Assembly (NCBI GenBank): GCA_965276585.1
Contig: CBDIAZ010000003.1
Location: 509,200-573,199 of the forward strand
Direction: 5' to 3'
Length of the DNA: 64,000 bases
Source of the DNA: Acidobacteriaceae bacterium
Lineage (GTDB): Bacteria; Acidobacteriota; Terriglobia; Terriglobales; Acidobacteriaceae
Of the stretch, positions 37,073-45,930 are shown in pieces; within the stretch, counting starts at the first letter, position 1; each line of letters starts with the position of its first letter. A program made the position numbers and the translations under genes. The notes below the pieces were generated by a model that saw only the letters and a program-made list of their open reading frames with translations, ran no database searches and was not told where the DNA came from.

Positions 37073-37848
37073 TGTGCGGCCTCGCCGTCACCGTCAGCGG
37101 AATCCCCATAAGCCAAGTCCAGGATCCGCACATGCTCTTCCTTGCGCAGACTCTTCAGCCACTGATCCAGCATCGCGCCCACTTGCTGCTGGCGCAGAAT
37201 CTCGCGGATGCGCGGAGCGACCGTGGCATATTTGGGCACGACAGCCTTGGCGCGTTCCAGCTCCGGCTTCAGCATCTGATCGTAATATTTCTGAACATCG
37301 GCATTGGGAACGCGCGCCGCTACGCCAAAGCGCAGATCGACAAATTTAAGAATCGCCAGGCGTTCGCGCACGCGATCCACAACTTCAGACTCCGTAAATC
37401 CGTGCGCCGCCAGAAATGCCTGCCATCCCGCTTCCGTCTTGCATTGGAATTGCACACACGCCGGAATCGTCTCCCGCATGGTTGCGATCGACTGATCGAT
37501 TTCCTTCTGCGTGATGCCAGCCAGCCCCGGCTGCAGACTGCGCTGCTCATCGATCAGCGCGCGATCGAGCACGCGATCCAGCGCCCGCTGCGGCGTATTG
37601 TCGGCAGCCGGCTCCGCGGCAGGCTGCAGTGCGGCAAAGCGCATCTCCGCGTCCACATCGCTCGCAAGGATTGCCTGATCTCCAACCACAGCCACAACCC
37701 GATCCAGTACCGCAGAGCGCTGCGTATCTGCATGGATTCCTGAAGGGGCGAACAACACCAGAATCACAACGCAGACCAGTACATCCCACATCCCGATTTT
37801 GAGATGTGGCTTCTCTCCACGTGGCGGCACACACGGCATCCTCATCAA
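37069..37848 (-). CDS. SurA N-terminal-domain chaperone-like protein (no parvulin domain)
   Basis: 259 aa. Signal-like N-terminus, then a SurA-like segment LDRVVAVVGDQAILASDVDAEMRF. No PPIase motif seen. The start could be TTG 37848, ATG 37845 or ATG 37791. Overlaps the bamA stop and the tamB start. Confidence 0.7.
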   Translation of the reverse strand: MMRMPCVPPRGEKPHLKIGMWDVLVCVVILVLFAPSGIHADTQRSAVLDRVVAVVGDQAILASDVDAEMRFAALQPAAEPAADNTPQRALDRVLDRALIDEQRSLQPGLAGITQKEIDQSIATMRETIPACVQFQCKTEAGWQAFLAAHGFTESEVVDRVRERLAILKFVDLRFGVAARVPNADVQKYYDQMLKPELERAKAVVPKYATVAPRIREILRQQQVGAMLDQWLKSLRKEEHVRILDLAYGDSADGDGEAAQ

Positions 37849-40800
37849 AAGGCCTGCCCAATGCTGAAGAAAAAATTGAAGTGGCCGGAGTTGCCCACAT
37901 ACGGCGGCTGCCCGTTGTAGTTGAGAAATGCCGGCAGATACGCCGGATCGCTCACTACCGGATAGACCGTCGGATTCAGGTTGTAACTGAAGTCCACGCG
38001 AATCGGCCCCACGGGAGTCTTATATCGCAGCCCCAACCCCGCCGCCTGCGAATCGTAATTGAAGTTGCAAGTCCCCTCCGGCCCGACCACGTTGTAACAG
38101 GTGTTGATGTTCGGCTGGTGATAGCGAAACAACCCCGGAAACATGTCCGACGCATTGGTATACACATTTCCAAAATCCTCAAACAGCGCAAACCCAAGGT
38201 TGTTGCCGATCAGCGGCAGCGCCAACGGCGGAATGCGCAGCTCCGTGCTGTTGACGAACGCGCCCGAGCCGCCCACCGGGAAGCCTGTCTGCAGATCGCG
38301 CGGACCGGCGGCATTCACGGAAAATCCGCGATGCGACGTAGCCCCGCCTGCATAGAGCCGCTCCGGCAATGGAATCAGATTGTACGTGGGATCTCCGTAC
38401 GTGTTTTCGACGCCGATGCGCGTGCTGCGGGCCAGCACCCATCCGCGCTTATTCAGCCGGTAATAATTCGACTCCTGCGTGTCCAGCCGGTTGAAGTTTG
38501 CCTGCGAAGCCAGGCCCGACCAGGCAAAAAATTCCTGCGCGGAGACGTACCATCCCCGCGTCGCGTTCAGCGGATTGTCGCGTGTGTCATGCACCCAGGT
38601 AAATCCTGGGCCGCTCACGCGAGTCGGCTGCGACAGCAGCGGAATCAACTCCGCCGAGACCTGCAGGCTATTCGGATTGACATACACATATCGATACGCC
38701 ATCGAATAAATAAATGTGTTCGCCTTGTTCGGCCGCTGCGTAAACAGGATCGATCCGCTGATGCTCGAAGCCTCGTACGTCGTCACATCCTGGTTGCTGA
38801 CATAGCCGCCGGAAATGGAAAAATCGATCGTCTTGTGCCCATAGAATTTCGGCACGTTGAACGTCATGATCGCCTGTTGTTCCAGCGTTCCATACGCGGT
38901 CTGCAATGTGATCGTCCGATTCCGGCCGCCCAGGTTGATGCGGCTCACGTCGAAAGAAATACGCGGGCTGACGCCGAACTTCCCATTCGGACTGCACGCG
39001 AATGTCGATGGATTCACCCCCAGCTGGATAAGCGATGCCGCCGACGGGCAGTTGCGCTGCGGCGTTCCCGTCTGCACTTCAAATCCAAAACCGTAGTCGT
39101 AGTTCCAGCGATGCGCCTCTGTCAGATTCAGCAAAACGTCCTTGCGCGGCTGCGTCCCGCGCGGATTCACTATACCCGTATCGACTTCATTGAAAAGCGC
39201 CAGGTTGTAGAGCCGCCGCTGCGTGTCGGAAATTCTATTGCGATTCAGCGGATCGCCGGGATGAATCTCCAGCAGCTTGTCGACCACCTGCGGCCGCGTG
39301 TAGTGCAATCCGCTGATCAATACCTGGTTCACATAGAACGGGTTGCCTTCATGGATGCGCACCACAATATCGATCAGGTTCGCGTTGTCTTTCGACGGAT
39401 GCCGTTCAAACGTCAAATCCGCCTGCGAAAATCCGTGCCGATAGTAGTAGTCGAACAACTGCAGCCGATCCGCCGCCAGCGTCGTCAGCGAGTAAGGCTC
39501 GCCCGGGCGAGTATTCATCTGTGCCAGCAAACTGGCTTCTGGCAGCTGCTTCGCGCCCACAATCTCCACCACGCCAATCTTCTGCTGCACGCCTTCGCGG
39601 ATTTCGTAGGTCACCCGCACCACTGCCAGCTTGCCCGGTTTTGCGCCCGCAACTTCGTCGGAATCGAGCACCAACGGCGTCACTTGAACATTGTCGAAGC
39701 CGTTGCTTTTATAAAGCGCCGTAACCGCATCCACATCGCTCGCCAGCAGCGACTGGCTGAACAGCCCGTGCCGATTCAGCGCGTCGGCCTGCGCAACGCT
39801 CAGCCGCTCGTTGATAATGTCCTTGTCGAAATAATGATTCCCTGTGATCGCAACCTCAACCACCTTGTGCGGAGTTCCGCGCGCCACATGATAGGTGACG
39901 ATTTCTTCATCCGTCTGCGGCTGCGCTGTCATGTGGGTCACATGCACATCAAAATACCCTTGCTTCTGGAAATGATTGCGCAGGTTATCGCTGCCTTCAT
40001 CGAGCAGATCGGGATCGACCGCCCCCTCCTCATACACCGGTACCAGCCGCCGCACGTCGCGCTTGGAAATTTTCGCTCCCACCACCACAACCCGCACCAG
40101 CGGCCCGCGATTGGCATCGAAGCCGTAGTCCACTTCAACTTGCGCAGGCTGAAAGGTCTGGCTATCCGCACGCACCGTCGCCTCCAGCCGGTCCTGCTTC
40201 TGATAATTTTTCCTCAAACGGCTCAGTGCGCGCGGCACCGTGTTGGACGTCACCTTGGAATCCTGCTTCAGCTTGGCCACCCTGCGAAACTGCGCCGCCG
40301 TCACGCCGGAATTTCCCACTACCGTGACCGCGCCAACCGTCGCCTGCTTTCCCGCGTCCACGGTATAGATCACGTCCACCAGATGTTCCGGTCCTGCCGG
40401 AGTGGTCTTCACCGAAACCGTCGGCTCATAGAACCCGTTTCGCTTCAGCGCCTCTTTCAGGTTGGCAGTGGCTTGGTCCAGCTCTTCCCTGGTAAACGGC
40501 TCTCCCACGCTCAGCCGCGTAGCCCGCTGTATCTGTGCCGCCAGCAGTTCCTGCTTCATGCCGCGAACGAATAACCTGCGCAGAAACAGCTGCGGCACGC
40601 CGTGAAAGATCACCGTGACCCTGCCATCCTTCTCCACTCCGCGTGCTTGAATATCGCGATACAGGCCGCTGGCGTAAAGCTGGTGCAGGCTCTGCTTCAC
40701 ATTCTCCGCGCTCAGCTTGTCTCCAGGCCGCAGCGGAAGCTTCGCCTGCAGCCCAACGATATCCACGGCCAGCACGCCCTCAAATTGAATCGTGTCGACT

Positions 40801-40982
40801 CGCAGGCCATACCAGCTCCGCAAATCGCGATACCGCAGCACCGCCGCCGAGGAGCTCTGTGCCGCCGCTGCCGGAGATTTCACCTGGCCCGTCGCAGAAA
40901 TGGAGATGCCACATCCAATCAGCGCCATGCATGCCGCCTGCCGCCAGGTCCCGAACGCTCTTTGGGTTTGGTTTTTTCGCAA
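37845..40982 (-). CDS. bamA: Outer membrane protein assembly factor BamA (Omp85, extended POTRA region)
   Basis: 1045 aa. Signal peptide, repeated POTRA-like modules and a C-terminal Omp85 barrel ending ...FFFSIGQAF. Confidence 0.93.
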   Translation of the reverse strand: MRKNQTQRAFGTWRQAACMALIGCGISISATGQVKSPAAAAQSSSAAVLRYRDLRSWYGLRVDTIQFEGVLAVDIVGLQAKLPLRPGDKLSAENVKQSLHQLYASGLYRDIQARGVEKDGRVTVIFHGVPQLFLRRLFVRGMKQELLAAQIQRATRLSVGEPFTREELDQATANLKEALKRNGFYEPTVSVKTTPAGPEHLVDVIYTVDAGKQATVGAVTVVGNSGVTAAQFRRVAKLKQDSKVTSNTVPRALSRLRKNYQKQDRLEATVRADSQTFQPAQVEVDYGFDANRGPLVRVVVVGAKISKRDVRRLVPVYEEGAVDPDLLDEGSDNLRNHFQKQGYFDVHVTHMTAQPQTDEEIVTYHVARGTPHKVVEVAITGNHYFDKDIINERLSVAQADALNRHGLFSQSLLASDVDAVTALYKSNGFDNVQVTPLVLDSDEVAGAKPGKLAVVRVTYEIREGVQQKIGVVEIVGAKQLPEASLLAQMNTRPGEPYSLTTLAADRLQLFDYYYRHGFSQADLTFERHPSKDNANLIDIVVRIHEGNPFYVNQVLISGLHYTRPQVVDKLLEIHPGDPLNRNRISDTQRRLYNLALFNEVDTGIVNPRGTQPRKDVLLNLTEAHRWNYDYGFGFEVQTGTPQRNCPSAASLIQLGVNPSTFACSPNGKFGVSPRISFDVSRINLGGRNRTITLQTAYGTLEQQAIMTFNVPKFYGHKTIDFSISGGYVSNQDVTTYEASSISGSILFTQRPNKANTFIYSMAYRYVYVNPNSLQVSAELIPLLSQPTRVSGPGFTWVHDTRDNPLNATRGWYVSAQEFFAWSGLASQANFNRLDTQESNYYRLNKRGWVLARSTRIGVENTYGDPTYNLIPLPERLYAGGATSHRGFSVNAAGPRDLQTGFPVGGSGAFVNSTELRIPPLALPLIGNNLGFALFEDFGNVYTNASDMFPGLFRYHQPNINTCYNVVGPEGTCNFNYDSQAAGLGLRYKTPVGPIRVDFSYNLNPTVYPVVSDPAYLPAFLNYNGQPPYVGNSGHFNFFFSIGQAF

Positions 40983-41037
40983 AAATTATGCTCATCAAAA
41001 AACGATTGGAACCGGATCCGGGCTTGCAGCGCTGGAG

Positions 41038-41157
41038 CTGTTTTCCTATAGGTGTACACCGAAGCGAAAATCTCAACGCCGTTTTATCCCAAAAAAAACG
41101 GCACTTCGACAATATCTGTGGTGCGTAGAAATAGGAAAACAGCGCTGAATCGTTACG
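41038..41157. repeat. MITE-like structured repeat, family 2 (diverged subtype)
   Basis: Perfect 13-bp inverted termini GCTGTTTTCCTAT (41048-41060) and ATAGGAAAACAGC (41141-41153), both flanked by CAGCGCTG. Central hairpin GCCGTTTT-N6-AAAACGGC. Confidence 0.75.
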
Positions 41158-41244
41158 GTGGTACCTTCGCTTAGGATACTCAAGCTGAATGAACTCCGTC
41201 TCGGGTTCCGCCTTCATCGCCTCGATTCCCTATACTGAAGTTGC

Positions 41245-42288
41245 ATGGCCTTATCGAATCACCCTCCGCTGCCCATCGCCGATGACCGCTATTCCCGGCA
41301 AATTTTATTCCCCGGCATCGGCGAGCCAGGCCAGCGCAAGCTGCAAGCCGCTCATATCGCCATCGTTGGCTGCGGTGCTACCGGCGCAGCGGTCGCCGGG
41401 CTGCTGGCGCGCGCCGGAGTAGGTACGCTGACCCTGATCGACCGCGACTACGTGGAGTGGAGCAACCTCCAGCGCCAGGTCCTGTTTGAAGAAGAAGACG
41501 CCGCTGAAGCGTTGCCGAAATCCGCAGCGGCCAAACGCCGCATCGCCCGCTTCAACGCCGAAACAAACGTCCACGCTCACGTCGCCGATCTGGTTCCCGA
41601 CAATATCCACGCACTGCTCGCCGGCTCCCAGCTCGTCCTCGACGCAACTGACAATTTCGAAACACGCTACCTGTTGAACGACTACGCCGTCGAACAGAAT
41701 AAGCCGTGGATTTACGCCGGAGCAGTGGGCTCCTATGCGGTGACGATGAATATCCTGCCGGGCAAAACAGCCTGTCTGGCCTGCATCTTCCCCCATCCGC
41801 CTGCGGGGACCGTGGAAACCTGCGACACCGCCGGCATCCTCAATCCGGCGGTCAACCTCGCCGCCTCCATGCAAGCCGTCGAAGCAATGAAGTGGATCGT
41901 CGGCGCCAACGATCGCATGAGGCAAACACTGTTTTCCTATGACGTATGGAGCAGCGAACGATCGGAGATCAATACCGCCCGCCCGCGCGAAAGCTGCACC
42001 GTCTGCGGCCAGCGGCAGTTCGTGCATCTCGCCGGCCTGGCCCGCCCGCAGATCACCTTGTGCGGAAGAAATTCCGTCCAGATTCACGAGCATCATCGGC
42101 CCATCGACTTTACCGAGCTCGAGCGCAAACTTGAGCCGCATGGTGCCGTGCTGCGCAACAAGATGCTGCTGCGCTTCGATCGCGGAGAACATCGCATCAC
42201 CGTCTTTGCCGATGGCCGCGCCATCGTCCAGGGAACTACGGACGTCGGCCTCGCGCGCAGTCTATACTCACGCTTTATCGGCAGCTAG
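41245..42288 (+). CDS. ThiF/MoeB/HesA-family E1-like adenylyltransferase with a C-terminal extension
   Basis: 347 aa. [18 protein letters not shown], nucleotide loop [34 protein letters not shown], two CxxC pairs (CLAC, CTVC), and about 90 extra C-terminal residues. Confidence 0.85.
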   Translation: MALSNHPPLPIADDRYSRQILFPGIGEPGQRKLQAAHIAIVGCGATGAAVAGLLARAGVGTLTLIDRDYVEWSNLQRQVLFEEEDAAEALPKSAAAKRRIARFNAETNVHAHVADLVPDNIHALLAGSQLVLDATDNFETRYLLNDYAVEQNKPWIYAGAVGSYAVTMNILPGKTACLACIFPHPPAGTVETCDTAGILNPAVNLAASMQAVEAMKWIVGANDRMRQTLFSYDVWSSERSEINTARPRESCTVCGQRQFVHLAGLARPQITLCGRNSVQIHEHHRPIDFTELERKLEPHGAVLRNKMLLRFDRGEHRITVFADGRAIVQGTTDVGLARSLYSRFIGS

Positions 42289-42390
42289 AGCTGTTTCCTG
42301 CCAGTCTAGGGCCGAGATGAAAATTTCAACACCGTCTTTTTTGAGAAACGGCACTCTCAGAATCTCTGAGAGGCACGCTACCAGGAAGAC
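42288..42390. repeat. Degenerate family-2 repeat copy
   Basis: AGCTGTTTCCTGCCAG ... GAAAATTTCAACACCGTCTTTTTTGAGAAACGGCAC ... CTACCAGGAAG. The interior aligns with the 41038-41157 copy and the termini are eroded. Confidence 0.5.
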
Positions 42391-42466
42391 GGTTATAAAA
42401 ATGCGCCGGGCAACTCGCGTCGTCGCATCATCTTCTAACGGACGGAGCATACAACCCTTAAATCTT

Positions 42467-43255
42467 ATGGAACAATCAAAAAAAACTCCGGCCAAATCCC
42501 CGGGGAAACTTCCGAAGAAAGGCGAAACGCGTACCGTTTCTCCACACGCCCATTCTCCGCACATCGATTCCAAAATGAAGAACACTTTAAGCACCACCGA
42601 AGCAGTCGCGCCCACAGTGCCCGCGCAGCCGCTCACCACCGAAGCTCGGCCCATGCAGCAGCAGCAGCGGCGCAACCCTCCTATCGCCGGCGAGCTGACG
42701 GCGATTGCCGCGGCGCAGCAGGGCGACGGCTCGGCCTTTGAAATTCTCTACAACATGCACAAGCGGCGCGTGTATTCCCTCTGCCTGCGCATGCTGGGCA
42801 ACGTTGCCGAAGCGGAAGACCTTACCCAGGAAGCCTTTCTGCAGCTGCATCGCAAGATCAGTACCTTTCGCGGCGACTCCGCCTTTTCCACCTGGCTGCA
42901 TCGCATGGCCGTGAATGTCGTTCTCATGCATCTCAGAAAGAAGGGTCTTCCCCTGGTATCGCTGGAGGAGACGTTAGAGCCCAGCCAGGAAGACGGCCCG
43001 CGTAAGGATTTCGGCACTCGCGATCTGACGCTCTCCGGCTCCATCGACCGCGTCACATTGGAGCGTGCAGTTGAGGATTTGCCGCCGGGCTATCGCATGG
43101 TTTTTGTACTGCACGACGTGGAAGGCTATGAACACAATGAGATTGCCGGCATGCTGCAATGTTCCATTGGCAACAGCAAATCGCAGCTGCACAAAGCGCG
43201 CATGCGCCTGCGCTGCCTGCTGCGCGAAACCGCGGACGGAAGGGTAGAAGCATGA
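42467..43255 (+). CDS. ECF-type RNA polymerase sigma-70 family factor
   Basis: Sigma-2 region ([37 protein letters not shown]) and sigma-4 region ([41 protein letters not shown]). Start uncertain: in-frame ATGs at 42467, 42575 and 42653. The track ORF from 41939 reads through the thiF 3' end. Confidence 0.85.
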   Translation: MEQSKKTPAKSPGKLPKKGETRTVSPHAHSPHIDSKMKNTLSTTEAVAPTVPAQPLTTEARPMQQQQRRNPPIAGELTAIAAAQQGDGSAFEILYNMHKRRVYSLCLRMLGNVAEAEDLTQEAFLQLHRKISTFRGDSAFSTWLHRMAVNVVLMHLRKKGLPLVSLEETLEPSQEDGPRKDFGTRDLTLSGSIDRVTLERAVEDLPPGYRMVFVLHDVEGYEHNEIAGMLQCSIGNSKSQLHKARMRLRCLLRETADGRVEA

Positions 43256-43521
43256 CACAGAACCGCAATCTCACGCCCAAAGAGTGCAGCGAGTTTCAGG
43301 AGCAGCTTCCGGAATTTTTCGATTCCGGCGGGGACCTTACCGAAATCAAACACTCGCACCTGAAGACGTGCGAAAACTGCTCCGCACTGGTGCGCGATCT
43401 CGAGTACATCGCCGCCCAGGCCAAGCTCCTGCTGCCCATCCACGATCCCAGCCCCGCTGTCTGGCAGAACATCCACAAAGCCCTGACCCAGGAACCCGGC
43501 AACGGCGACGAACATTCCTGA
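43252..43521 (+). CDS. Small zinc-binding anti-sigma factor (ZAS, HxxxCxxC), no TM segment
   Basis: 89 aa from ATG 43252, with an ATGA overlap on the sigma stop. Motif HLKTCENC. No hydrophobic helix. Confidence 0.7.
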   Translation: MTQNRNLTPKECSEFQEQLPEFFDSGGDLTEIKHSHLKTCENCSALVRDLEYIAAQAKLLLPIHDPSPAVWQNIHKALTQEPGNGDEHS

Positions 43522-43622
43522 CGGCAATGAACGGTCACCAAGTTTTTCTTTCGCAACCGTGCCCAAGGCGACAGATCTTCGTCGCTGCGAGCACTTGGAT
43601 TCGCAGCCACGTTACAGCCCAG

Positions 43623-44048
43623 TCAGCCGGTAAACTCTTCTTCCCGGGTAGTCGCGACCGCAAAAGCAGCGTTGCTGTGCTGAGCCAGGCGGTGGCCGAG
43701 CGCGACCGCGGATAGACACAGGCACACGGATAGAACCATATTCGCGAGCGCTCTGGGTAAAGATCCGGTTCGGATCAGGTCAAACGTCTGCAGACTGAAG
43801 GAGGAGAAAGTCGTGAAGCCCCCACAGATGCCGATCATGACGAAGATACGGATGTTTTCGGGGACTTCGAATCGACTTCCCGGAAGTGTAAGAGTTCCGA
43901 AGAAGCCAATCAGAAATGAGCCGCTTATATTGATGGCGATCGTGGTCCAGGGCAGGTTGGCATTCCAGCTTTGTGTGAATCGACCGAGCCCAAATCGCAA
44001 TATTCCGCCGAACGCACTGCCAAAGGCTACCCAGAGGTATGGAATCAT
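43623..44048 (-). CDS. crcB: Fluoride ion channel CrcB/FluC
   Basis: 141 aa from ATG 44048 (AGGAG SD 6 nt upstream). Four TM segments, motif GGFTTFSSF. Preceded by a fluoride riboswitch. Confidence 0.9.
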   Translation of the reverse strand: MIPYLWVAFGSAFGGILRFGLGRFTQSWNANLPWTTIAINISGSFLIGFFGTLTLPGSRFEVPENIRIFVMIGICGGFTTFSSFSLQTFDLIRTGSLPRALANMVLSVCLCLSAVALGHRLAQHSNAAFAVATTREEEFTG

Positions 44049-44124
44049 ATCTGCTCCTGCGCAATAACTGAAATTGGCAGGAGTCATCAGCCGTCGCCGG
44101 CGGTTGCGGGAGACTCCATTCCCG
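44049..44124 (-). promoter_or_regulatory. Fluoride riboswitch (crcB RNA motif) with an SD-sequestering expression platform
   Basis: The minus strand reads GGGAAUGGAGUCUCCCGCAACCGCCGGCGACGGCUGAUGACUCCUGCC (aptamer core 44076-44124). This parallels known crcB motifs such as GGCGAUGGAGUUCGCCAUAAACGCUGCUUAGCUAAUGACUCCUACC: a P1 stem, the AACCGCC linker, a P3 hairpin and the pseudoknot GGAGU/ACUCC. Downstream, CUCCUGC can pair with the SD GCAGGAG. Confidence 0.9.
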
Positions 44125-44326
44125 TACGACTATTCTCGCATAGGTGAAGCAGGACCATCTGAACAACTAAGATGATGCAGTGGTCCAGACGATAGAACCC
44201 GCATTTTCGTTAAACCTAACCAAAAATAAATCCACGCTGGCCCATCTCGGTTAGAATCCAGCAAAGCCGGCTGGAGGTATCCCCGTCACGCACTCGAACC
44301 CAAAGCGCATCGTCCTCACCGGATTC

Positions 44327-44842
44327 ATGGGCGCAGGCAAAAGCACAATAGGAGTAAGCCTCGCCCGCGAGCTAAGCTGGAGCTTCATCGATCTCGATGA
44401 AGAAATCGTCCGCTCGCAACAGCAGAGCATCGCGGAAATTTTCGAAACCGCAGGCGAAGCCTGCTTCCGCCAATTGGAGCACCAAGCCCTGGCCGCAATT
44501 CTGGAACGCAATGAAATCGTGCTCGCCCTGGGCGGCGGTGCACTCGAAACCGCAGTCAACCGCTATCTGCTCGCAGCCAGTCCGGAAACACTGCTCGTAT
44601 ATCTTGAAGCGCCGCTCGATATCTTGATCGCGCGCTGCGAGCAACAGCAGATTTCGCAAGCCAAGGCAGCGCGGCGACCGGTGTTGGAGCAGCGAACGGC
44701 TCTGGCCGAGCGTTTCGAGCGCCGGCAGCCGTTGTACGAGTCCGCGCATTGGACCATCCCCACGGCGAAATCCCAAACCGGGGAAATCGTCCGGACGATC
44801 CTGAACCGATGGAAAGAAAGTATCCCGAGCCCTCAACCATGA
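44327..44842 (+). CDS. aroK: Shikimate kinase
   Basis: Walker A (GF)MGAGKST, then SFIDLDEEI and LGGGAL motifs. The only canonical start (ATG 44327) lies inside the P-loop. The in-frame upstream sequence encodes KRIVLTGF (see finding). Confidence 0.85.
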   Translation: MGAGKSTIGVSLARELSWSFIDLDEEIVRSQQQSIAEIFETAGEACFRQLEHQALAAILERNEIVLALGGGALETAVNRYLLAASPETLLVYLEAPLDILIARCEQQQISQAKAARRPVLEQRTALAERFERRQPLYESAHWTIPTAKSQTGEIVRTILNRWKESIPSPQP

Positions 44843-45930
44843 ACGACCTATCCCCCGTCCCATACCGAGCAGGCCGCCGCAATGTACACGGCGACATCGT
44901 CTTCGCCTTCGCCATCGCCATCGCTCTTTACCTGGCATGGTTGCTGCGGGACATCCTGGTGTTGATCTACGTCAGCGCGCTCTGCGCCGTCGTTCTTCTC
45001 CCCGTAGTGCGCGGCGTGCAGCGGCTTCGCATCGGCAAATGGCACCCCAGCCACGGCATCGCCATCGCCATCATCATGGTGCTGCTGGTCGGCGCCATGG
45101 CCGGCTTTCTCAGCCTCACCGTGCCGGCAGTCGTGCGCGAGGTGAAGACGTTCGCCCAAACCTTCCCCGGACAAAGTCCGGCATTTCTCGACAAACTGCA
45201 GCGCATGCCGATTCTGCGCGATGTCAACTTCGGCATCATCGAAGCAAAAATCAAAGCCGATACCGCCCAGCATCTCGGCTCCTTCGTCTCTTCCATCAGC
45301 GAATGGGCGGCAAAGTTTTTTCAGATCGTCACCGGAATCTTCCTCACCATTTATTTCCTCGCCGAAGGCGACCACGTGTACCACTGGTTCCTTTCCCTCG
45401 TCCCCATAACCCATAGGACGCGAATGGATGAAACCCTGCAGCGCGCCGCCGCCCGCATGGGACGCTGGCTGCTGGGTCAGTTGACCCTGATGCTCATCCT
45501 CGGCGTTCTCAGCGGCATTGTCTTCGGCGCCATGCATCTGCGCTATGCCTTCGCGCTGGCGGTACTGATGGGCAGCTTCAACATCGTCCCGGTAGTAGGC
45601 GCGCTCGTCTCCACCTCGATTGCCATGCTGGTTGCCGCCAGCGATTCCTGGGCCAAAGTGCTCGGGGTCATGGTCTTCGAGCTGGTGTATCTGCAGGTCG
45701 AAAATGCATTCCTCACGCCGCGCATCATCGGCTCCAGCGTAGACCTCGCCGGCACAGCAGTGTTCATCGCACTGCTGCTCGGCGGCGGTCTCGCCGGAAT
45801 CGCCGGAGTCGCCGTAGCCGTGCCCTCCGCGGTCCTCATCGCCGTGCTCGTCGAAGAGTACGTAATCCGCCCCGCCAACGCCGCCGGAGAACCGGATGTA
45901 GTCCCCGCCGCCAGTCCGCAATTGCGCTAG
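44839..45930 (+). CDS. AI-2E family transporter (PerM/UPF0118)
   Basis: 363 aa from ATG 44839 (ATGA overlap with the aroK stop). About 8 TM segments and AI-2E-like motifs (FLTIYFLAEGD, NIVPVVGALVS, ENAFLTPRI). Confidence 0.85.
   Translation: MNDLSPVPYRAGRRNVHGDIVFAFAIAIALYLAWLLRDILVLIYVSALCAVVLLPVVRGVQRLRIGKWHPSHGIAIAIIMVLLVGAMAGFLSLTVPAVVREVKTFAQTFPGQSPAFLDKLQRMPILRDVNFGIIEAKIKADTAQHLGSFVSSISEWAAKFFQIVTGIFLTIYFLAEGDHVYHWFLSLVPITHRTRMDETLQRAAARMGRWLLGQLTLMLILGVLSGIVFGAMHLRYAFALAVLMGSFNIVPVVGALVSTSIAMLVAASDSWAKVLGVMVFELVYLQVENAFLTPRIIGSSVDLAGTAVFIALLLGGGLAGIAGVAVAVPSAVLIAVLVEEYVIRPANAAGEPDVVPAASPQLR

Noticed and set aside
37806-40574. 922-aa plus-strand ORF opposite bamA
   Set aside because: Arg/His/Gln/Ile-rich nonsense-like sequence antisense to an unmistakable BamA. 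It is an artefact of GC-rich codon usage.
41939-42466. 5' part of the 438-aa ORF 41939-43255
   Set aside because: This part reads through the 3' end of the ThiF-like gene in another frame and across a repeat element. Only the C-terminal 200-262 aa are sigma-factor-like.
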